32,000 bases of DNA from Sedimentisphaera cyanobacteriorum. GTDB lineage: Bacteria > Planctomycetota > Phycisphaerae > Sedimentisphaerales > Sedimentisphaeraceae. The DNA is taken from positions 1,710,001 to 1,742,000 of the forward strand of contig NZ_CP019633.1 of the NCBI RefSeq assembly GCF_001997385.1, read 5' to 3'. How positions within the stretch are numbered: position 1 is the first letter of the stretch; each line of letters begins with the position of its first letter. Shown piece after piece: positions 27,264 to 32,000 of this stretch. The position numbers and the translations under genes are program-made. The notes beneath the pieces were generated by a model. It saw only the letters and a list, made by a program, of their open reading frames with translations. It had not been told where the DNA came from and did not search any database.

Positions 27264-28811
27264 TTATTCCCATTCGATAGTGGCGGGAGGCTTGCTGGAG
27301 ATGTCGTACACCACTCTGTTCACCCCTCGCACCTCGTTTATAATTCGGTTTGAGATGATCCCGAGTGTGTCGTAGGGGATTCGCGAGAAGTCGGCTGTCA
27401 TAAAGTCTGATGTATCCACCGAGCGGATTGCTATCACGCTCTCGTAGCTTCTGTCGTCTCCCATAACCCCCACATTCTTCACCGGCAGAAGAACAGCAAG
27501 CGTTTGGCTGCATTTCCTGTACAGCCCGGCGGCTTTAATCTCATCGATAAGTATCTCATCTGCCTGACGGACGATCCTGAGCTTTTCCTTTGTTATATCG
27601 CCGATGATGCGTACCGCGAGCCCCGGGCCGGGGAAGGGATGCCGCCATACCATATCCTCAGGCAGGCCGAGGTATTCCCCGAGCAGGCGAACCTCATCCT
27701 TGAATAGATCCCGCAGCGGCTCCACCAGCCCAAACCCAAGCTCCTCGGGCAGTCCGCCAACGTTGTGGTGCAGTTTTATATTGGCGGCGAGGTTGCCGTC
27801 TTTCGAGCCGGATTCTATTACATCCGGATAAAGCGTTCCCTGAGCGAGAAATTTTGCGTTTTCGATCTTCTCCGCCTCAGATTTGAACGCCTCAATGAAT
27901 TCCGCTCCGATAATCTTGCGTTTCTTTTGCGGGTCGGTAACGCCTTCAAGCCCCGAAAGAAACTGCTCAGACCAGTCCACCACTCTCAGATTAACGCTGA
28001 AATGGCCGCAGAAGGTTTTTTCAACTCCCTCCCGCTCATTCTCGCGAAGAAGGCCGTTGTCAACAAATATGCAGTGCAGACGCTCACCGATTGCCTTGTG
28101 CAGAATCGCTGCTACTACAGAAGAATCCACGCCGCCGCTGAGCCCGCATATTACGTTCTCGCCTTTGAGCTCGTCTTTTAGCTGGGCGATCATCTCCTCC
28201 GCTATATCCCCAATCAGCCAGTCGCCTTTGCAGCCGCAGATCTGATAGAGGAAATTTTTGAGCATCTCGCTGCCGTCGGGGGTGTGGGTAACCTCGGGGT
28301 GAAACTGTACGCCGTAGAATGGCTTCTTGCTGTATTTTACCGCTGCATAGGGGCACGTCGGCGTTTGGGCGAGGGTGATGAAATCATCGTTGAGCTGATT
28401 AACCTGATCCCCGTGGCTCATCCATACGGTTGTTTTCTCCGGAACGCCTGCAAGCAGGCCGGAGCTCTCTGATACATGCAGATCAGTTCTGCCGTATTCC
28501 CTGCTCTCTGCAGGCCTGATATCTGCTCCGAGTATCTTGCCTGCTATCTGCATCCCGTAGCAGATCCCCAGCACGGGAACTCCCAGATCGAAGAGCTTCT
28601 CATCGCAGCTCGGGGCGTTTTTATCGTAAACGCTTGAAGGACCTCCGGAGAGTATTATCCCTGCTATGTTTTCGCCTTGAAGCTCCTCAGCGCTTACGCT
28701 CGGGGGATAAATCGCAGAAAGAACCTTCTGCTCGCGCACACGTCTTGCGATAAGCTGGCCGTACTGGCTGCCGAAATCTATTATTGCAATCTTTTCATGA
28801 GATGTTTTCAT
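27264..28811 (-). CDS. guaA: GMP synthase (glutamine-hydrolysing)
   Basis: GATase domain (GICYGMQ, HPEV), ATP-PPase P-loop ([10 protein letters not shown]), and the characteristic C-terminus ...[14 protein letters not shown]. Confidence 0.95.
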   Translation of the reverse strand: MKTSHEKIAIIDFGSQYGQLIARRVREQKVLSAIYPPSVSAEELQGENIAGIILSGGPSSVYDKNAPSCDEKLFDLGVPVLGICYGMQIAGKILGADIRPAESREYGRTDLHVSESSGLLAGVPEKTTVWMSHGDQVNQLNDDFITLAQTPTCPYAAVKYSKKPFYGVQFHPEVTHTPDGSEMLKNFLYQICGCKGDWLIGDIAEEMIAQLKDELKGENVICGLSGGVDSSVVAAILHKAIGERLHCIFVDNGLLRENEREGVEKTFCGHFSVNLRVVDWSEQFLSGLEGVTDPQKKRKIIGAEFIEAFKSEAEKIENAKFLAQGTLYPDVIESGSKDGNLAANIKLHHNVGGLPEELGFGLVEPLRDLFKDEVRLLGEYLGLPEDMVWRHPFPGPGLAVRIIGDITKEKLRIVRQADEILIDEIKAAGLYRKCSQTLAVLLPVKNVGVMGDDRSYESVIAIRSVDTSDFMTADFSRIPYDTLGIISNRIINEVRGVNRVVYDISSKPPATIEWE

Positions 28812-28825
28812 TAAATCGCCTCAGG

Positions 28826-30325
<1,500 letters not shown>

Positions 30326-30487
30326 TTAAGGCAGTATATACCGGTAACACTCGAGAAATGAAGCAAAGGAAATTTACCGGCAAATAATGCTCAACCCGAA
30401 GCCAAATTTTACTATATATATCACTTTCAGTCAAGCTGGAGAAAGACGTTAAAACACGAGAAAAATTGCTGCCCGCTCGAATTCTTC

Positions 30488-30515
30488 TTGATAATTTTCG
30501 GCGTTGGAATATTAT
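30488..30515 (+). promoter_or_regulatory. Putative sigma70-type promoter for tRNA-Ala
   Basis: TTGATA at 30488-30493, a 16-nt spacer, and TATTAT at 30510-30515. The tRNA 5' end is at 30528. Confidence 0.45.
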
Positions 30516-30527
30516 ATCTCGCTTTGA

Positions 30528-30600
<73 letters not shown>

Positions 30601-30860
30601 TTTCTTCTTTAAGCATATCTTTTAGACAAATCATTTACCCCGCGGGATGCTGTGATTATGTAATTTCTGCAATCTGTTTACGGTTCACTGATTAAGTTTT
30701 TTGAATTAGCAGAATCATTATTTTAAGTTAGAGCGAGATCTAAAATAATACTTAGCCCCTGTTCGGGAATCTGCGTACCTAAGGCAAGGCTGGCTGATTA
30801 TAAATCCCCTTAGGTGTATTTAATCAAATCCTGTTTCCGCTTTTCAGAGCCCCAGCTTGC

Positions 30861-32000
30861 CTAATCGCTGATAATAGGCTTAAGGCTGAGCTTGCTCAAT
30901 ATCTCAATGCACCTTCTCTTTCTGCGGTGTTTCTGCTGAAGCTCTTTAATATATTTTTCCCACTCATCCTTACTGCCGTTTAGTCTCATAACTTTACGTG
31001 CCTTGCGCAGGTATTCGGCGGCTTCGTAGTATGATTTAACTTTAGTTTCATCTATATAATCTTCAGCAATCTTCTGCCATATTGAAACTGCACGCTGCGG
31101 AGAGTAATCTTTTGCTGCTTCGGCTGCATCATCTGCAAGATGAATTGGCATTCTAAAATTCAATTCATTGCCCTTGTTAAACCAGTAAAGAACCCTCTTC
31201 GGGTCTTCTTCGTATATTGCAATTGAGACTAATGCCCTGATATTCGGGAAAATTCTGTAACTGCCCTCCTCAGCATAAATATTTTTAGGTTTGGGCAGAG
31301 GCCAAGATAAGTTTTCCCATGGCAGATTACCTTTTTCGAGATATTCAAGCAGCAGCTCCCGAACTTCCGTCCATGTTTTATTTTTTTTGTTTATCTTTTC
31401 GCAAGCGGCATAATTGTCTTTGTTAGGTGAGCTGACAAAATTCTCAACATCCATAATTGCGGCAGATGCCCAGTCCTTTTCAAGCTTGTAGATTTGTTTC
31501 AGTTGTTCTTGCAGTGTGCTAACAATTCCGCTATATCTATCCTGATTCTGCTTGACCCCTTCTTTGATCCATTTTTTTGCTTCATCGTATTTCTCTTGTT
31601 CTCTCAACACTTCTACAAGCCGCGGGTAGTTGTTGTTTGTTCGAGCTTCAGCCTTGCAGATAGACAATTTTTCATTTTTTCTCCCGGCCTTTTCAAGTGA
31701 ATAAACAAGCCAGTCAACAAATTTATCACGGAAATGATCTCTGCAGACATTAGGAGAAGCCTTTGGGAAACCTATTTCTTTCAAGCGAACAAGCAATCTG
31801 TCTGCAAATCTGCTCCATTGAGATTCAGGACGATTTTTAGTGAGGTAATTTTTGAAATTATCAAAGAGGTGATAGCCGTCTTCAAGAACGAAATTAAGGG
31901 CGTGTTCCATCTTTTCTATTTCTGTCGCTGAAGACTGCTCAAGCGCGCAAAATAAGGTAGGGGATATTTTTTCGAAATCCAAAGTGATGAATTCTTCGCT
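30861..32000 (-). CDS. Hypothetical helical-repeat protein, with its 5' end probably beyond the window. The C-terminal region resembles that of bacterial SWIM-zinc-finger-family proteins.
   Basis: The frame is open from 30861 to the window edge, and the track start at 31982 is only a TTG. The C-terminus ...YYEAAEYLRKARKVMRLNGSKDEWEKYIKELQQKHRRKRRCIEILSKL recalls that family from memory. No SWIM CxCxnCxH motif is visible in the part present. The gene looks visibly more AT-rich than its neighbours. Confidence 0.6.
   Translation of the reverse strand, partial: SEEFITLDFEKISPTLFCALEQSSATEIEKMEHALNFVLEDGYHLFDNFKNYLTKNRPESQWSRFADRLLVRLKEIGFPKASPNVCRDHFRDKFVDWLVYSLEKAGRKNEKLSICKAEARTNNNYPRLVEVLREQEKYDEAKKWIKEGVKQNQDRYSGIVSTLQEQLKQIYKLEKDWASAAIMDVENFVSSPNKDNYAACEKINKKNKTWTEVRELLLEYLEKGNLPWENLSWPLPKPKNIYAEEGSYRIFPNIRALVSIAIYEEDPKRVLYWFNKGNELNFRMPIHLADDAAEAAKDYSPQRAVSIWQKIAEDYIDETKVKSYYEAAEYLRKARKVMRLNGSKDEWEKYIKELQQKHRRKRRCIEILSKLSLKPIISD

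Overview
The window is a chromosomal segment, about 50% GC, that looks like a PVC-type bacterium. The Planctomycetota/Phycisphaerae-like assignment is an inference from TAT-signal Cys-type sulfatases, a PEP-CTERM protein, a dockerin-like tail and paralogous groEL genes. Most of it is housekeeping on the minus strand: a 7TM-HD gene and ybeY; dnaJ-grpE plus a zinc-ribbon gene; groEL-groES-groEL; an L,D-transpeptidase; 5-formyl-THF cyclo-ligase; clpB; and guaB-guaA. A tRNA-Ala(GGC) and two sulfatases lie on the plus strand. Six observations stand out. (1) A tight three-gene operon places a TM-anchored, Gly/Glu-spacer, C-terminal vWA protein where TonB normally sits, directly upstream of ExbB and ExbD. 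(2) A gene of about 1245 codons for a secreted GLUG / Listeria-Bacteroides-repeat / dockerin-like surface protein has been inactivated twice. One hit is an 11-bp tandem duplication. The other is a 1871-bp IS4/IS1634-type insertion with 16-bp terminal inverted repeats and a 12-bp target duplication. (3) A non-coding repeat of about 200 bp, with inverted-repeat ends and 9-bp periodic sub-motifs, occurs three times, each copy 5' of a gene and in that gene's orientation. (4) A 45-bp relic of the clpB 3' end forms a direct repeat with the real clpB terminus, and the pair brackets a sulfatase gene. (5) A PEP-CTERM gene carries a single in-frame amber codon between its signal peptide and mature domain. 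(6) groES sits between two diverged groEL paralogs with different C-terminal tails. No CRISPR array, rRNA or prophage was seen. All functional calls rest on motif recognition by eye; no database search was run.
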